Origin: the human T2T-CHM13v2.0 reference genome, Homo sapiens
Assembly: GCF_009914755.1 (NCBI RefSeq)
Contig: NC_060926.1
DNA length: 64,000 nucleotides
Strand: one strand, 5' to 3'
The notes below the pieces were generated by a model. The model was not told the origin of the DNA. It saw only the letters and a program-made list of their open reading frames with translations, and searched no databases. Each line of letters opens with the position of its first letter. The stretch's first letter is position 1. This document shows positions 13,959 through 28,965 of this stretch, one piece after another. The translations under genes were made by a program, and so were the position numbers.

Positions 13959-16004
13959 TAAAAAGTGTTTTTTTTTTCTGTGTCTATTTCTACATCTATT
14001 TCCCTTTCCCCAATTATGCAAGCAATGACTTGTTTCCTGCAAGACATAAAATCAAAGCATCTGGAAGTATTTTAGTGTGTGTGTGTGTGTGTGTGTGTAT
14101 ATGTATGTGTCTTTGAATCTTCACATAAACACAGATGAACTTGACTTGTCAAAGAAATTCCATGTTCTGGTGCATCTATATTTTAACAAAAGACCATTTG
14201 GGTTCCTTGCCTTTTTGCCGTCATGCATCCCTGTTTTTAAAATAATTTTCTCATATGGCCAGGAATAGGGAAGGTGTGTCTAATGTCCATTTCTGACTCT
14301 AGCTTCAGTTACTTCGGAGAAATGGTGTGTCAAATTACAGGACAGTTGGGTCATGAAAGAGCATGGCCAATTCTCTGGGCTAGAACTGTACACCTGGCCT
14401 AATAGATCACTCTGTCAGCTCCCGGCATTTGGTGTCTGAACTTTGTCCATAGAGGTGAGCGATGGGTGAGCGACCACTCTCTGGTATGGAACACATTGTT
14501 GTCTCTATACTTACCAAGTGACCCAAGCATGGTGCCAATGTTTAACCCTGAATGTTCAGAGCAGCGGGATAAAAAACTTGGACAGACACAGGTTTGTACC
14601 GATGGAAACAGAACTGTGATGTTGGGATCGATAGGAGAAGTAGGTTATCCCTATTCCACAAGGTGGACCCAATGACTGCAAGTAGGGACAACGATTGCAT
14701 ATGGCACCATGGACCACTGGAACTGGAGCCATGACAATCCTGAAAGGCCACCAGTGTTTATCTGCAGCTATATGGCCAGTTGCCACTTAGGCCAGTGTCT
14801 TCACTTAATTTTAAAAATATAAACGACACTCAGCTCAATCAGTTATCCTGCCTGAGCATCTACTCAGATATAAGGACAATCATGAGAAAGCATATGGATA
14901 GGTCAGTGAAAACTGAATCCTAACCTCAGGGCTTCCCTCGGAAGTACCTGGCAGAGGCCATTGGAATGTGTACACCTAGGCAAGCCTAGGGGTTTGGACA
15001 TGTGGACAAAGGCACACATGTACACGTGCATACACATGCACACACACCCATGCTATCACACCTTGGAAGCATTAAACCTCAAACACAAATACAAATCTAA
15101 ATGTATCTTACCTTCATGATAGGGAATCAGAAAATACACAGAAATAGAAAATTATAGAGCTACAAATAATCCTATATTCCTGTAATAGCCACATTAATAT
15201 TTTTCCTTTATGACGTTTTCAAAGATAGCATCATACTTAACGTGTTTTGTAACATTCCTTTTCATTGAATATATCATGGAATTTAAAATCAAAAATAGAA
15301 TAGATAATTTGGTAAACAGTATTGGGATGAATGACTTGGTTCATTGGAAAATAAGTACAGTTAGATTCTTAACTAACAGCACACATAGAAATATATTCCA
15401 GACGTATTAACTAGATTTTAAATAAAACTATAGAAGTAATAAAGTAAAATAAAGGATAATTTAAAAAAAACTTTAGAGTGGGAAAATGAACAAATTTGAT
15501 TAGGTAAAAATGACAGATATTTGTATGCAGATATTTGTATGTGGAATCAAAAGACAAAAGACAGACTAGGAGAGAACATTTAGATTTTATAAAACAACCA
15601 GAGAGAGTAATACTTTCAACATATGAAGAGGTGCTCTAAGCTAATAAGACAAGGATATTTACAGAATATTCCAGAATATAGAAAAAAATGTTCAATCTCT
15701 GTGAAAGTAAACAAGAAGCAAGTTAAAACAAATTAAATTATTGCTACATCAATATCTCTCCAGGTCTGAAATTTGCTGAGGAAGCAGTAAGGAGGAGGCT
15801 AGTCTAAAGATAAAAATCCCACAGGCTCCTGCTTTAAGGAAATTGGTTTATTATATCGCATTTTATAGAAGTTTTTTAAAAAGTGCTTGGATCATGAGCA
15901 CTAAAGTGGGCATGTAATGCTGTAGGCAAGGTGAGAGCCAGGGTGTTGACTGCCGGGAAGACCCTGGCATTCTGAGTGTTGTCTTCGCAAGACAGTTTTC
16001 CTGA

Positions 16005-16502
<498 letters not shown>

Positions 16503-16600
16503 TGAGCAAACTCAGGGAGCCTATGGAGCCATCACCTTGGTATTTCAGCTGTCAGGGTACAAATCCATTGTAGTGTAGACTCCACCAGATGAATGGTGAT

Positions 16601-16939
16601 CGTCTTAGTCTGTTCTGTGCTGCTACAACAGAATACCTGAGACTGGGTAATTTATAAAGAATAGAAATTTATTTCTCACAGTTCTGGAGGCCAGGAAGTC
16701 CAAGATCAAGGCTCTGACATCTGGTGTCTGGTGAGGGCCTTCTGGCTGTGTCCTCTCATGGTGGAAAATGGAAGGGCAAGTGAGACAAACCCCCTTTGCC
16801 ACGCCCTTTTATAGGGGCACCTAATCCTGTTCATGTGGGAGGAGTCGCATGGCCTAATCACCTCTTAAAGGGCCCACCTCTTAATACTATCACCTTGGCA
16901 ACACCTGAATTTTAGTGGGGACACGTTCAAACCATAGCA
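16601..16939 (-). mobile_element. MaLR solo LTR (MST/MLT1A-like)
   Basis: gtcttagtctgttctgtgctgctacaacagaatacctgagactggg...gggacacgttcaaaccatagca. Confidence 0.85.
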
Positions 16940-17119
16940 GCTATCAAGCCATGGACAGGCAATTCGGTTGGCAGCTTATATATTATGTCCTAGCTGCTCC
17001 CAGGCATGGTCCATTCATAAGGGGCCTCTGGCCATTTGTCTGGTGGCAAGAATGCCCACAATCTTCTTCAGTTTCTCCTCTTTCTGATTTTCAGTGCATA
17101 AGACTGGGTGTCTAAACAG

Positions 17120-17360
17120 AACTTCTGAAATCTTAATGTGCATTTGAGTCACCTGGGGATGTCAGAAACAGCAGATTCTGATACAGTAGGTCTGGGGTGG
17201 AGGATGTGATCCTGTATTTCCAAGAGTGTTTATGGGGACCTGCAGCATCAGTATCACCCAAAGACTTGTTAGAAATGCAGTATCTTGGGCTCCTACCTTG
17301 ACCCACTGATAAAGAATCTGCATATTAACATGAGCCCCAGGAAAGTCAAAAGCACATCTA
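17120..17360. mobile_element. MER5-type hAT-Charlie fragments
   Basis: gagtcacctgggga...gcagattctga...; cagcatcagtatcacc...ttgttagaaatgcag...aatctgcatattaaca. Confidence 0.7.
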
Positions 17361-19526
17361 ACACCAAGAGGCACTGCTCGTGGGGAGGGTGCAGCGTGGC
17401 ACATATGGAATCCCGGAGCTGCAGGCGAACATCTCTCAGGCAACCAGTGCGTCGCGTTCTGCCAGGTGCCCTCACATGCACTGGGGCCCCAGTCAGTTTC
17501 TTTAAGCCCAATCCGGATCTTCCATCCTTTTTGCTTCCAGGCGATATTTGTGATCCACTGCTGTCTCTTCGTGGTGTCTCCTGATGACATCTGCAGGGGC
17601 CCCCTGTGAACTCTTTCTAGTTAACAGGCATCACTTTTGTGCAGTGAGCCTTCCTTTTGTGCAGTGAGCCTTCCTGTCCCCACTTACCTGCTCTGCCCTG
17701 CAATCCTAGGGGCCCTGGACAGAGATGGGGTCCAGTGGGCAGGGTCTGAGGATGTTTTATTGACCTGCAGCTGTCCAAGGGCTCTCTGGGAGGTCGCAAC
17801 ATAAGGCCACATCATGCTGCCCCTGCCAGCGCTCCTCCTCCTCACGGCTGTCGGGTGCTGGGCTCCTGGGGTAAAGTGCAGGGAGAGAGAATCTTAGGAG
17901 GTTTAGTGGCCTAATAATGCCAGCAGGACACTGTGGAAGACAGTGGTGTAATGTCCTCAACTTGTATCCAAGAAACCAGCTTTCAAGAAGATTTTATTGG
18001 CCCCAATATACTCATATCAGCCCCACTCTCCTGATCCAGCTCCTCTTATCACCCCGGCAATCTCCATTCCATAGGAATTCACCCAGGCAACAGGAGGAGG
18101 GCTTGGAAACTCCTTCTTGTTCAAGGGGCACTTGTACCTCTTCCCACAGTCAGTAGAAGTCATTAGGATGTCACATTTCCAATTATACATGTCACCCCAC
18201 CCCACAATGAAACCAAATTAGATATGTCAACTGAAGTGTGTGTGCGTGCCCTGGATATGGTGGGGATGGTGGTTTGGTAAGGTCAACATAACTGTCATAT
18301 TCTAATACAATTGGCCAAGACAAAGAGAAATTCATGGACAAACACATTTATTTAGCTTTGGGGAAGGCATGTCAGATCCCTCATTCTAATAAGGAAAGAA
18401 GGAGAAGGGGCCCATGTCAAATTTTCTATTCCTAAGCATTTCTTCCACATTCACTCAAATATGAAGCCTGTCTGGTTAATATCACACCTCTTCAAACATC
18501 GGCTCTTGCAGCCTTAACTTGCTAATATTATCCTGTGTGTAAATTATCACAGAGGCTAAAAGAGGTTATGTCCGTCCCACTGTATAATCCTCTCCCGTTC
18601 TACACCCCCTTCTTACACCATTGCAGCCCCGTCCTATAATAAAGTGAGGGAAACATTAGGAGGGATGGGGCGGGGTGATTGTGGGATGGAGTCTTCACTT
18701 GACCATCAGAGATGTTTGTCCTCAGAGTCAGGTCCTTCCTCCTCATGTGAGTCCTTCTATACCGTGCACACAGTACTGCCCACTCTAAGCAGTCCTGTCC
18801 TTAGGGATTTTGAGATTCAGGGAGGACATTTTCAGGTGGATTCATCAATTCCTGGATCGTCAATGCTCAGGACTTGCCTCTTCAACATCCGGCATGAGAA
18901 GAACCCATACAGAGCGCACATCTCAAGCAGACCCCCTGGCTCCTACGACAGCGCCCCAGGCTTAGAGGCCCGCGGGAAGGGGAGCCTGCAAAAAGCACCA
19001 TTCAAAGGAGAGGGGAGGCTGTGAGGAGGGAGATGGCAGAGGCCAGTGCCTGCAGACCCCTGTCCCTGAGCCAGGGCTGTTTGAGCCACTCCCTTTAACA
19101 TGCTATTTGTAAAGCTTATTTTTAAGCCTCACAGTGACTTGTCAAGACAGCAACTTCCTGGCCCCCTTGCAGTTAGAAGGCCCTCTCTCCATTGCCCATT
19201 TTTGATTTAATTCTGGTGTTTTCCTGCAGCCCAGCTCAGCGTCCTAACAGTGGCCCAAAGGGTGATGGCGGGGGTGTCCTCTAGGATCATCTAAGGCAGG
19301 GGGTGTGAGGATGCCAGACTCTTGCAGCAACATTCTATGGAGCTGCCTTTCAGAAATGTTCATCCCACCGGTGTTGAGGGTGTGGAATTAAAATCTGATG
19401 GAAGCATTTTCTCTACTCTCAATGTATTTGGAATTCATTTCAGCTTTTCCCTGACAATAGCTTCCCTGCTGCTTTCTTCTTCCCTTTTGTGTCTGGGTGT
19501 GGCTGGGAGGTCCTGGGGCCTTTTAA

Positions 19527-19756
19527 ATGCACAGTGACACAGGTGTCCTCATATGCTTGCGGGGGCACAAGCATCGTGGTGTGCTTGCAGTGACACAAGC
19601 GTCCTCGTGTGCTTGCAGTGACACAAGCGTCCTCGTGTGCTTGCAGTGACGCAGGCGTCCTCGTGTGCTTGCAGTGACGCAGGCGTCCTCGTGTGCTTGC
19701 AGTGACGCAGGCGTCCTCATGCGCTTGCAATGATACAGACATCGTGCTGTGCTTGC
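19527..19756. repeat. 28-bp minisatellite, about 8 copies (gcttgcagtgacgcaggcgtcctcgtgt)
   Basis: gcttgc recurs at 19555, 19583, 19611, 19639, 19667, 19695, 19723 and 19751. Confidence 0.95.
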
Positions 19757-20245
19757 TTTGCCAACTGAAAAGTGACCTGGGAGAGGGTGGAACCAGTCAG
19801 TGTCTGGGTTCCTCTGAAGGCATTTGCAGACACTGACAATTCAGAAAATGTCTCCAACCAGGCCTTGCTTCTCTCAGTGTGGAACACACCTGCCTTTGGG
19901 CAGTTCCTCTGATGGCAGGAATGATTGACAGGCATCCTCTGCTGGGGGTGTCCATCATCCAGGAGACCCCCCTTGGAGGGCTGGCAGGAGGCCGTGTCCC
20001 CTGGTCTGTGATTTTTATTCTTCACATCACCTTCTGTGTGTGTGAGCCTCCATGCAGCTGTGCCACTTTCGGGAACATACCCAGTAGACACAGATGCAGC
20101 AATGCACAGAGATCTCTGTGTGGGGATACTCGTGGTACAGTTGTGAGTGGCCCAGATGGGCAGCTGTGGCAGCTCACGCTAGCGCTGCTGTGTGATAGTG
20201 AGCCCTCTGTGGCCAGTGTGGGGGCTCTGCCTTCCATCCAGAAGG

Positions 20246-20565
20246 AATGTGCAGCATTTGTCCTTCTGTGCTTGGCTAATTCCACTTAACATGGTATCCT
20301 CTAGGCTCATCCATGTTGTTGAAAAGGAATTCATTGAGTTTTATGGTGGAATAGTATTCCATCTGTGTATATACCACATTCTTTTAATCCATCCCTCCAT
20401 AGATGGACGCTAGGGTTGATACCATATCTTGACTATTGTGAATAGTGCTGCAGTGAACACAGGAGGGCAGGTATTGGACCACCACACTGTGCCCCATAAA
20501 TATGCACAATTATTATCCAACAGTTAAAATAAAACTTAAAGCAATGAAACAACAACAAGAAAAAA
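20246..20565. mobile_element. Short L1M(A) insertion with 5' inversion
   Basis: About 20246-20470 is antisense L1 3' UTR; about 20480-20565 is the sense L1 terminus (ccccataaatatgcacaattatta) plus an A-rich tail. Confidence 0.65.
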
Positions 20566-23339
20566 GGAACACGTGCTTCTGCTGCAGGGGAGCTGTGAGT
20601 GGGAGCCTCCAGCTGTTGGGAGCTCTGGGGTCCACCTTTAAGCCAAAGTCTTTCTCTTCCTTTCCGGGCAGCACCTGGCAGGTGATGAGAAGCCAAGAGA
20701 AAAGGTTAATGGCTGATGACCAGGTGAGACCCACAAGAGAGGCATCAGAATACACGTGTTACCTGCGCTGTGCGTTTCCTATAGGACATAAGCAGCCGCA
20801 CAGTGGCCGAGAACTCCCTCGCGGCGGCTCCCTGCTCCAGGCACTCCCCGAGGTTGTGCTGTGCCCTGGCCCTGTCAGTCCACACTTCAGAACCACACCG
20901 TGCATCACAAGGTCGATAGCTACTGGAGCCTTGCACAAAATCGGCCCAGTGAAAATGTTCATTAAATGAGTGTTTCTTTCAGTCCTAATTACCCTTCCTT
21001 CCCTTTCTACCAAGTCTAGCCCATCCCGAGAGGTTCCAGGGTCCCAAGGAAGAGACATCCCGTTTACTCACAGAGACATCCTGTTTACTCACAGGTGGTC
21101 ATTGCCTGTGAGCATTTGCAGAGTGGGTGGGAAGGCAGGGGCAGGAGGAGGTGTGGAGGCCCCCCAGGCAGGCTCAAAACGGACATTCTTTAAATATTTG
21201 TCCAACATTTACTTACTGGAAATGGCGAATAGCTTATTTCCTGTTAGCAAATAAATATACTCATCCACAAAATGACACGTCTCCATCTTTATATTTAGAA
21301 TAAGAGATTTCTGACACGCATGGGTCATCCTAGAGCATGTTCTTAACCTGGAATTGATGGAGAGCAGTGCTTGCAAGTCTCCACTTGAGGGCACTGTGAC
21401 CCCAGTGTTGTGTTGGTGTCCCTTTCAACTGGACCCCGGGCAGGTGCCCGACGGTCCACCTCCTCATCCAGCTCTCACCGTGCTCCTGGAGGACGGAGGG
21501 ATGTTTCCAGCCTCACCAAGGAGGGAGGCCTTGAGCTGAGTGACTGGCATCTCTGCTTGGGCACCCTTGGCCACCGGAGGAGCAATCTTGGTGAGAAGAG
21601 CTGGTGCCAATCCCTCCTGGGGTGGCAAGCTCTCTGGTGCTGCCTGTGCACCCGTGCCTGCCCGCAGTTTGATCAGTGATGGGTGTGGGAGAGGCTGGGT
21701 CCACCTTCCTCACAAAGAAAAGGGTGTAGGGCAGCCTGGCCACCAGCAAGGTCACTGCTAAGCCTAGGAGGACAGGCCCATGAAGCAGCAGTGGGGATCC
21801 TTTGCTGTCTGGTTGCCACCTTTGCCTTGGTTGACCTGGGAAAGATCTACACTCCTCCCTTTCCTGGGCCCAGGAGAAAAGGCAGGAGCTGGCTTCACCA
21901 AGGCCCAAGGTATCCCAAATCCAGATGCTAAGCATTTGGAGGATGGCACAGAAACATCTGCAGAAGAAACTCAGCCCTGGCAGTCCAGAAGTTCCTCCCC
22001 AACTGGACACGGCACTACTGTGCCCCAGGGACATACAGGGAGCCTTGATGGTTCCAGTTTCATCAACTCATTATTATCAGCATTATTTAATCCTGGTAGT
22101 GCCATAATCCTTTCCCCTGTGTATGTGTGAGTATGTATCATGCAAGATTCAAAGTCACTTGATGTCATGAGGAAAATAAAGACTCTCTGCATAGAGCAGA
22201 AATAATTTGCACGACCAACTTGGGGTTGAGTGTTCTCAAATGAACTCCAGTGGTCCCTGGGCTTTCAGAGGGCCAGACAGGCACCACTGTCGAAGGGCTG
22301 CGTAACAAAAGGCCCTGGCTGGGTGCATTATAATTTGCTCCAACCAGTTCCAAAGTACTCAGATTTCCAGTGATGTGAAGAGAAATACTAATGTCACAGG
22401 ACGTGGGCATTGTGCCTCATATAAATACACACACAAAAGCTAGGCGAGGGTATTTTGGATGTCTTGTTGGGGAGGATGTAATTAAGCTTCCCTTAGAGAA
22501 TGCTTTGAAGTCTGTGGCTCACTGTTTTATATAAAAGTAACCTCCCCATTCACCGATCTGTCAGTTGTAGAATTCTAGCCAATTGGGAAAGTTGCTGAGG
22601 GAGAATCAATTAGTTTCCACTTGGAGTAAAATCTATCTTTCAAGAGGGAGCTATCATGCCTGCTCTGGCTGTTTGAGTCAAGCGCCAACCAATCTCACCT
22701 CTGGGGACGACACACTGTGCTCAGGGAGCCTTGGGGGTCCCTTGGCCAAGTGCAGGTCTCTGCACAGCCCCCAGGTGTGTGCCGTGGGGAGGCATCGGTT
22801 TCTAGCTGGTATCAGCTTCCGCCAAGGCCTCACTGCCTCTCAATGAGATCTCCCCACCCTTCTGAGCCCCATATACACTCGAGCCTGGCCAGCAGGGCAA
22901 GCGCCACACCTGGGTGGGTTGTGTTGGAGGTAGCAGGTGGTGGTGCTCACTCCACAGGGTTGGAGGCAGCAGGCAGAGCTCAAGCTCCCTGTGAGCTCAG
23001 GAATCTGCTGGCAGTCTTGTGTCTACCAGTTTCTCCCGATCCCAGGGAAGAGGCTCAAAGTGGGGCCTTGCTCCTGTGTCTTATCAAGAGTGAGCCTTGT
23101 CCTTCACCTTCCCTATCTCATTCTGGTCACATTTCTCCAGACGTGGCCAGAACTGACCTTGCTCTGCATCCAGTATTCCTGTTTTCTTAGGATCCTGGAG
23201 GTCTGCTGGTTACTGTGGTAGCAGAGGGTGGTCCCAGTGAAGCAGTTATCGGGATACTAGGTTCAGAGCAGAGATAGTGCAGAGCACAAAGGGAAACAGC
23301 CAGGACAGGCAGCACTGTGGGCTTGGCCAGCTGGATGGG

Positions 23340-23344
<5 letters not shown>

Positions 23345-23380
<36 letters not shown>
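23345..23380. repeat. (TG)n microsatellite
   Basis: About 18 TG units. Confidence 0.97.
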
Positions 23381-23382
<2 letters not shown>

Positions 23383-26300
23383 GGGGCTCACTTTTGTCTC
23401 ACTGGGCCTCCTCTTTGAGACAAGCTCATGCCTGGACATGCAATCCTAGGCCTTGGAGTGTGACAGGATGCTAAGCCAGGCTGGAGAGAGCAGTGGCTGC
23501 TAGTTGGGGATGCAGGTGGGGTTTGCAGAGGATGAAACTGTGCAGCCCCTTTTCCTCCTATTTCTTCTCCTCTAGTGTTTTCATTCTATAGATATGTTAA
23601 GGTGATGTGTCCCTTCACTTTCCAGGCCATTGTTTAGCTAAGTAGATACAAGCTTTTGTGTTGTTTTCTATAATATTTTAAATCATTAATTGATTCCTTA
23701 AAACTCACATTTCCCATTGTTCAACAGGTTACCCACTTTTCAAAAACCTATCCTAAGATTCCAGATGTGCTCCCTAAGGACATATAGAGATAAGGATTTA
23801 GTACAAAAATTAAAACTAACATCAGGACTGAGACACCACTGAATCTGCTTTTCCACAGTTACTCAATTTACAGAACTTTCAAAGCCATTTCAGTCTACCA
23901 TGCCTTCACACAGAGCATTATAGTGGCCCAAGCCTCCATTTTAGAATTGTGATCTAATTTCTTTTAATTTACATGTGTACATCATAGTTCTTAAAAAAAA
24001 ATATTGTATTCTAATTGCAAATGTAGTGTGTATTACATAGGAAAAGCCTGAAAAGTGACAAAGAAAATAAGCATTCCTATAACTGATTCTGATATATGCC
24101 CCCCTAATTCTATATGCACATAAGTATAGCCTAAAATGCATAATGATAACTATATTTCATACTTGGAGATTAAAGAAAATCTTAGTACCCAACAGGAGAT
24201 AGATTTTCAGAAAAAATTGTATAGGTCTAAATCTATATAGTGAAAAGAAAAAAGTAAAAATTAATGAGTTAACTATCTTCAAGAAGAAAAATAACAGCAA
24301 GTTAAATCCCAAGAAATAGAAGGAAAGAAATGATAGAGATAAGAGTAGAAATTAATAAAGTAAAAAATTACAATAAAGACAGCCATCAAATAAAAAAACT
24401 GGCTCTCTGAATTTTTATTTTTAAAGGAAAGATAAAGCCCTGATGAAACTGATTGAGGGAAAAAAGAGAAAAGGCACAAAAAACTAACATCAAAGAATTA
24501 AAAATAGGACACTATTTCAGGTCTTACAAATATTAAAGCTAATAAGAAGATATAGTGAAAAACTTTATGCTGATAAATTTGAAAATCTAGATGAAATAGA
24601 CAAATTCCTTGAAAAACACAACTTACCAAAACTGACACTAGAAGAAATAGAAAATCTGAATAGTCTTAAATGCATTAAGAAATTAAAATCCTTTCTATAC
24701 AGATGGATTTACTCATGAATGCTACTAAACCTTTAAGAGAATATAATACTAGTCTTACAGAAATTCTTACAAAGAACAGAAAAAGAAAGAATATTTTGCT
24801 ACTGATTTTATGAGGTCTTGATATAAAGACCTAACAAAGATATTACAAGAGAAGAAAGTTATAAAACAAGTCTCATTTAAGAACATAGATGCAAATATTC
24901 TAAGCCAAATACTACTAAAGAAAATAAAATGATATACCAAAAAAATACACTATAAACATAACTTTGTACTTGAAAATGCAACACTGGTTTAACCATTATC
25001 AATCAATCAATTATTACATATATATCAGGCAAAAAATTGTGACAATACCAAATGCTGATGAGGATGTGGAGAAACTGGATCATTCATACATTGCAGTTGG
25101 GAATGTAAAATGGTACTACCATTACGGAAGATGGTTTGACAGTCTTGACAGTTTCTTATAAAGCTAAACATACATAGAACTAGCAATTGCACTCTTGGGC
25201 CCTTATCCCAGTTTTTCACTGAAAAACATATTCACACAAAAACCTGTATAGAAATCCTCATAGCAACTTTATTTGTAACAGCTAAAAATTGGAATGAGCC
25301 CAGATGTCCTTTAACAAGTGAATGGTTAAACAAACTGTGATGAATCCATACCATAAAATACTATCAAACAATAAAAAGCCGTGAACCTTTAATACATGCA
25401 ACAACATGGGACTTATTCCCATGGAATTATGCTGAGTGAAAAAAGCCAATCCTAAGGGGTATTGAACGTTTATTCCATTTATAGAACATTTTTAATATGA
25501 TGCAATTTTAGAAATGGAGGATGGATTCTTGGTTGCCAAGGCTTAAAGGAAGAGGAGTAGGAGGGAAGTAGATGTGGTTAGAACTGGGCAGCATGAGAGA
25601 TCCTCGTGGGGTTGGAATTGTTCTTTTGTATCTTGGCTGTGCTCATGGATACACAAACCTGAAAAGATGATAAAACTTAATACATATGCATATACACACA
25701 CAAATGAGTACAAGGAAAATGGTGGAAATCAGAATAAAATTGGTATGTTGTATCAGTGATATTATACTATAATTGTGCAAAATGTTACCATTGGGGGAGA
25801 TTGGGCAGCACCTATGCAGGATCTCTCTGATATCTCACTAAAAATTCAATTAAAAATCCTTCAATAAAATCAACATGGTAACAAAAGGAGAAAGTTATGT
25901 GATCATCTCCATTGAGGCAGAAAGAGTATTTGCTACAAGTCCACAACCATACATGATAAACATTCTTAGCACACGAAATGTGATAAAGTATAGTTTCAAA
26001 ACTTTGTACCTAATGATAAAATGTTGAACATTTTCCTGCTGAAGTCTGAAACAAGGATGTCTTCTATGATCACTTCTAGTCAACATCATAACTAAATGGC
26101 CAAGCCAGTGCAATAAAGCAAGAGAAACAAAAAGCTATGAGAATTGCAAACAAATAAATAAAACTGTAATTTTCCAAAGGCAATATGCCTATGGACGTTT
26201 AAAAACACCACAGAATCTAAAAACAAATAATTAAAATTAGATAATAAGTTTCACTTGTTGCTGGATATACAACCAATTCAAAAAGTAAATTTTATTTCTA

Positions 26301-27013
26301 TATACCAGCAACAAACAGGTATAAAGTAAAACTTAAAAATGAAATTTATAACGGAAAATTATCAAATATCTAGAAGTGAATCTAAGGAAAGATGTGTAAG
26401 ATATCTACACAGAAAATTACAAAACATCATTAAGAAAATTTAATGGCTAAAACAAGTGCTGGGAAATATCACTTTCATGGACTGGAAAACTCAATAATGT
26501 AAAGATGTCTGTTCTTCTCAAATTGATCTATAGATTCAATATAATTTACATTAAAATATTAGTTTTTTGGTGGAAATGCATAAGCTGATTATAAATTCCT
26601 TTAGAAGTGCAAAATGTCAAGCATATCTAAGACACTTTGGAGAAAAACAAGGTGGGATGACTTACTCTATGGATGCAAACCATTATTGTAAAGCTACAGT
26701 GCTCAAGTCAATGTGATATTGGCAGAATGATAGACAGATGCAGTAGATCAGAATAGAGGATTTGTAAGCAAATCACTGTCTACATAAACACTTGTTTTCA
26801 TTGTTGTTGTTGTTTTTAAATACTTGTTTTCAATGATAGAGGGCACTGAAAAGCACTGGGAAAAGAACAGTCTTTTCAAGAAATGGTGCTGGAGCTTTGG
26901 GTCAATCACATATTCATATGGCTCTGAAATAAGACTTGAACCATGAACAAAAATCAATTCCAGGTAAACTCGCAGATATAAATGTGATAAGTGAAACAAT
27001 AAAGCTTCTGAAA

Positions 27014-27647
27014 AGGGGAGAAATAGGAACGTTTTTACACCGTTGGTGGGAATGTGAATCAGTTCAACCATTGTGGAAGACACTGTGGCAATTCCTCAAA
27101 GATTAAGAACTGGAAATACCATTTGACCCAGCAATCCCGTTACTAGGTATATACCCAGAGGAATATAAATCATTCTATTATAAAGATACATGCATGTGTA
27201 TGTTCATTGCAGCACTATTCACAATAGCAAAGACATGGACTCAACCCAAATGCCCATCAATAATAGATTGGATAAAGAAAATGTGGTACATATGCACAAT
27301 GGAATACCATGTAGCCATAAAAAGGAATGAGATCATGTCCTTTGCAGGGACATGGATGAAGCTGGAAGCCATTATCCTCAGCAAACTAACGCAGGAACAG
27401 AAAACCAAACACCGCATATTCTCACAAGTGGCAGCTGAACAATGAGAACGTGGACACAAGAGGGGAACAACACACACTGGGGCCTGTCGGAGGGCGGCGG
27501 GTTTGGGAGAGCATTAGGGAAAAGAGGGAATGCATGCTGGGCTTAATACCTAAGTAATGGGTTGATAGATGCAGCAAACCACCATGGCACACATTTACCT
27601 ATGTAACAAACCTGCACATCCTGCACATGTACCTGGAACTTAAAATA
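27014..27647 (+). mobile_element. 5'-truncated L1PA 3' end nested in the older L1
   Basis: ORF 27194..27445 resembles the L1 ORF2 C-terminus (MFIAALFTIAKTW.QPKCP...WIKKMWY); 13-bp TSD aaagcttctgaaa (27001-27013, 27648-27660). Confidence 0.92.
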
Positions 27648-27711
27648 AAAGCTTCTGAAAGCTATTAGCAACAATAGTGTCATAATCTTGAGGTAGGCAA
27701 AGAACTCTTAA

Positions 27712-28110
<399 letters not shown>

Positions 28111-28626
28111 TAAAAGACACCATTATGACAGTGAGATGGAAGCTAAAGAGTGGGAGACAATATTCACAACCATGCACCTGCAAACAGCTTCTCACTAAAA
28201 GTATAAAATTAATAAGAAAGAAATAGACAACCCAATGGAAAAATAGACAACCAACTCAGCGGGTTTTATTAAAAAGTACGGTAATATTCAAGTGATCACT
28301 ATGCATATGAAAAGATGTGCAACCCCAGTAGTCATTAGGAAAGAGGAAATTAAAACCATTGTGAGATACGACACACTCCAGAGTGGGGACAATGAAAACG
28401 CCTGACCACACCAAGTTGGAAGGATGTGGAGTAGTGGGAGTTTGCATGCATCGCTGGTGGCAGGGAAATTGGAGCAGCCAACGCAGTAAACTTGGTGGCA
28501 CTGCGACCACATGTGATGATGCTCTGGGGCGAGCAGCTGTCTTCCCAGGCATATACAAACAGCAGTGTGTGCACATGTGTGCAGAGAGACAGACACAGAT
28601 GTCCACAGCAGCATCATTCATAATAG

Positions 28627-28965
<339 letters not shown>

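Noticed and set aside
19527-19756. 28-bp repeat as a CRISPR array or coding repeat
   Set aside because: Head-to-tail minisatellite without spacers; 28 is not a multiple of 3.
24170-27647. Active L1
   Set aside because: 5'-truncated, many stops and frameshifts, interrupted by other elements.
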